Made by a program: the position numbers and the translations under genes. This document shows positions 25,767 through 26,803 of a stretch of DNA of 26,803 nt, piece by piece. Position 1 is the first letter of the stretch; every line of letters starts with the position of its first letter. This DNA is from Capsulimonadales bacterium (GTDB lineage Bacteria; Armatimonadota; Armatimonadia; Armatimonadales; Armatimonadaceae): NCBI GenBank assembly GCA_033762295.1, contig JANRLW010000067.1:1-26803 (forward strand). Reading direction: 5' to 3'. The notes below the pieces were generated by a model. The model saw only the letters and a program-made list of their open reading frames with translations. It had not been told where the DNA came from and searched no databases.

Positions 25767-26803
25767 TCAGCCCGGTCCCCCGGTATGGCGGAGGGGAATG
25801 GTCAGAGTGAAGACGGAACCGACGCCAAGTTCGCTCCGGACGGTGATGAGGCCATGGTGCCGCTGGATGACCTTGCCGACGTACCGCGTGCCCAGACCGG
25901 TTCCGCCGACGGTCGTGGAGACCGCTTCGTCGGTGAACAGACGGCGGCGCACGTGTTCGGGCATACCCGTTCCGGTGTCCTGCACCTCGCAGACGATGGC
26001 CTCCGCGCCGCTCTCCGGGATGCGGGTTCTCAGAACGACCGAGCCGCCGGGCGGCGTGAACGGAATCGCGTTATTGACCAGATTGTAAAGGGCGTTGATC
26101 ATCTGCTTGCGGTCGCACTCCACCGGGGGCAGCAACGGGTCGAGGTCGGAAAGCAGACGGACCTGACCGTGTTCGGCGACGATCTTCAGAGGGGCAAGGA
26201 CGGTACGGCAGAGTTCGTTGAAATCCGTCTCCTCGAATAGCGGCGGCGCGATCTCCCCTTTGACGGCGTCGGCGATCTCCCGGGTACGGTTCCGCACCTG
26301 TTCGGCGGACGTCACCATGTTGTCCAGAAGCCAGACATAATCGTGCCGGACGCTTTCCGCCAGGCTCCGCATCTCCTGCCCCCAGGTTTCCGGTTCCGGA
26401 CAGCGTTCGGCGAGGCGGTCGACCCCGGCGAAATACTCATCGAGCATCGGTTCCAGCATGCGTACCCCGGTGACGATCGGGGTCAGCATGTTCTTAATGT
26501 CGTGTGAGATATCGCCGATGACATGGACGATCTCGGAGCGGCGCACTTCCTGGGTGAGTCGGATATGTTCGATTCCGGTCGCCGCCTGATTGCACAGGAT
26601 TTCCAGAACCTCCAGATCGCGGGTATTGAAGGCGACCCGCGCGTTGAGCATCTGCATGACCCCGATCGGATCGCCGTCCATGCGCTTGACCGGAACCGTC
26701 ATCATGGATTCGGTATGGTAGCCGGTTTCGCGGTCGATCTCGGGGTTGAAGTCCTTGCGTTCGGAGACATTGCCGGTCAGCAACGGCTGCCGTGTCCGGA
26801 ATA
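25767..26803 (-). CDS. GAF-domain sensor histidine kinase (5' truncated by window edge)
   Basis: GAF segment (DRETGYHTESMMTVPV…IGVMQMLN), H-box SHDIKNMLTP, and HATPase NLVNNA, DTGTGM, GTGLG. The frame remains open to the right edge. Confidence 0.92.
   Translation of the reverse strand, partial: FRTRQPLLTGNVSERKDFNPEIDRETGYHTESMMTVPVKRMDGDPIGVMQMLNARVAFNTRDLEVLEILCNQAATGIEHIRLTQEVRRSEIVHVIGDISHDIKNMLTPIVTGVRMLEPMLDEYFAGVDRLAERCPEPETWGQEMRSLAESVRHDYVWLLDNMVTSAEQVRNRTREIADAVKGEIAPPLFEETDFNELCRTVLAPLKIVAEHGQVRLLSDLDPLLPPVECDRKQMINALYNLVNNAIPFTPPGGSVVLRTRIPESGAEAIVCEVQDTGTGMPEHVRRRLFTDEAVSTTVGGTGLGTRYVGKVIQRHHGLITVRSELGVGSVFTLTIPLRHTGGPG

Overview
GC-rich bacterial chromosomal window with 22 protein-coding genes, two of them truncated by the window edges. 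I saw no rRNA, tRNA, CRISPR array or mobile element. The gene content suggests Armatimonadota or a similar lineage (inference only). In order: HD-GYP/GAF/GGDEF protein (partial), PhyH dioxygenase, GT4 glycosyltransferase, copper-amine-oxidase-N/Ig-repeat surface protein, a three-gene operon (PSCyt1-DUF1549-DUF1553 cytochrome c protein, GH16, Tat-exported DUF1501), a Gly/Pro/Met-rich membrane-anchored protein, a second PhyH, an AAA ATPase, AraC, LacI, hisI, a single-domain response regulator, a hypothetical protein, hisF, a secreted hypothetical protein, a PAS/HisKA_2 kinase, a CBM9-like protein, acyltransferase-3, fumC and a GAF histidine kinase (partial). Four observations stand out. (1) A GH16 gene sits inside the usually adjacent DUF1549/DUF1553-DUF1501 pair, suggesting a glycan-linked role for this uncharacterised redox system. 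(2) A LacI with a non-canonical hinge has a perfect TA-centred 20-bp palindrome over a consensus promoter. (3) HisI carries NCEHN in place of DCDxD. (4) A candidate ~70-nt sRNA lies at about 20015-20085.
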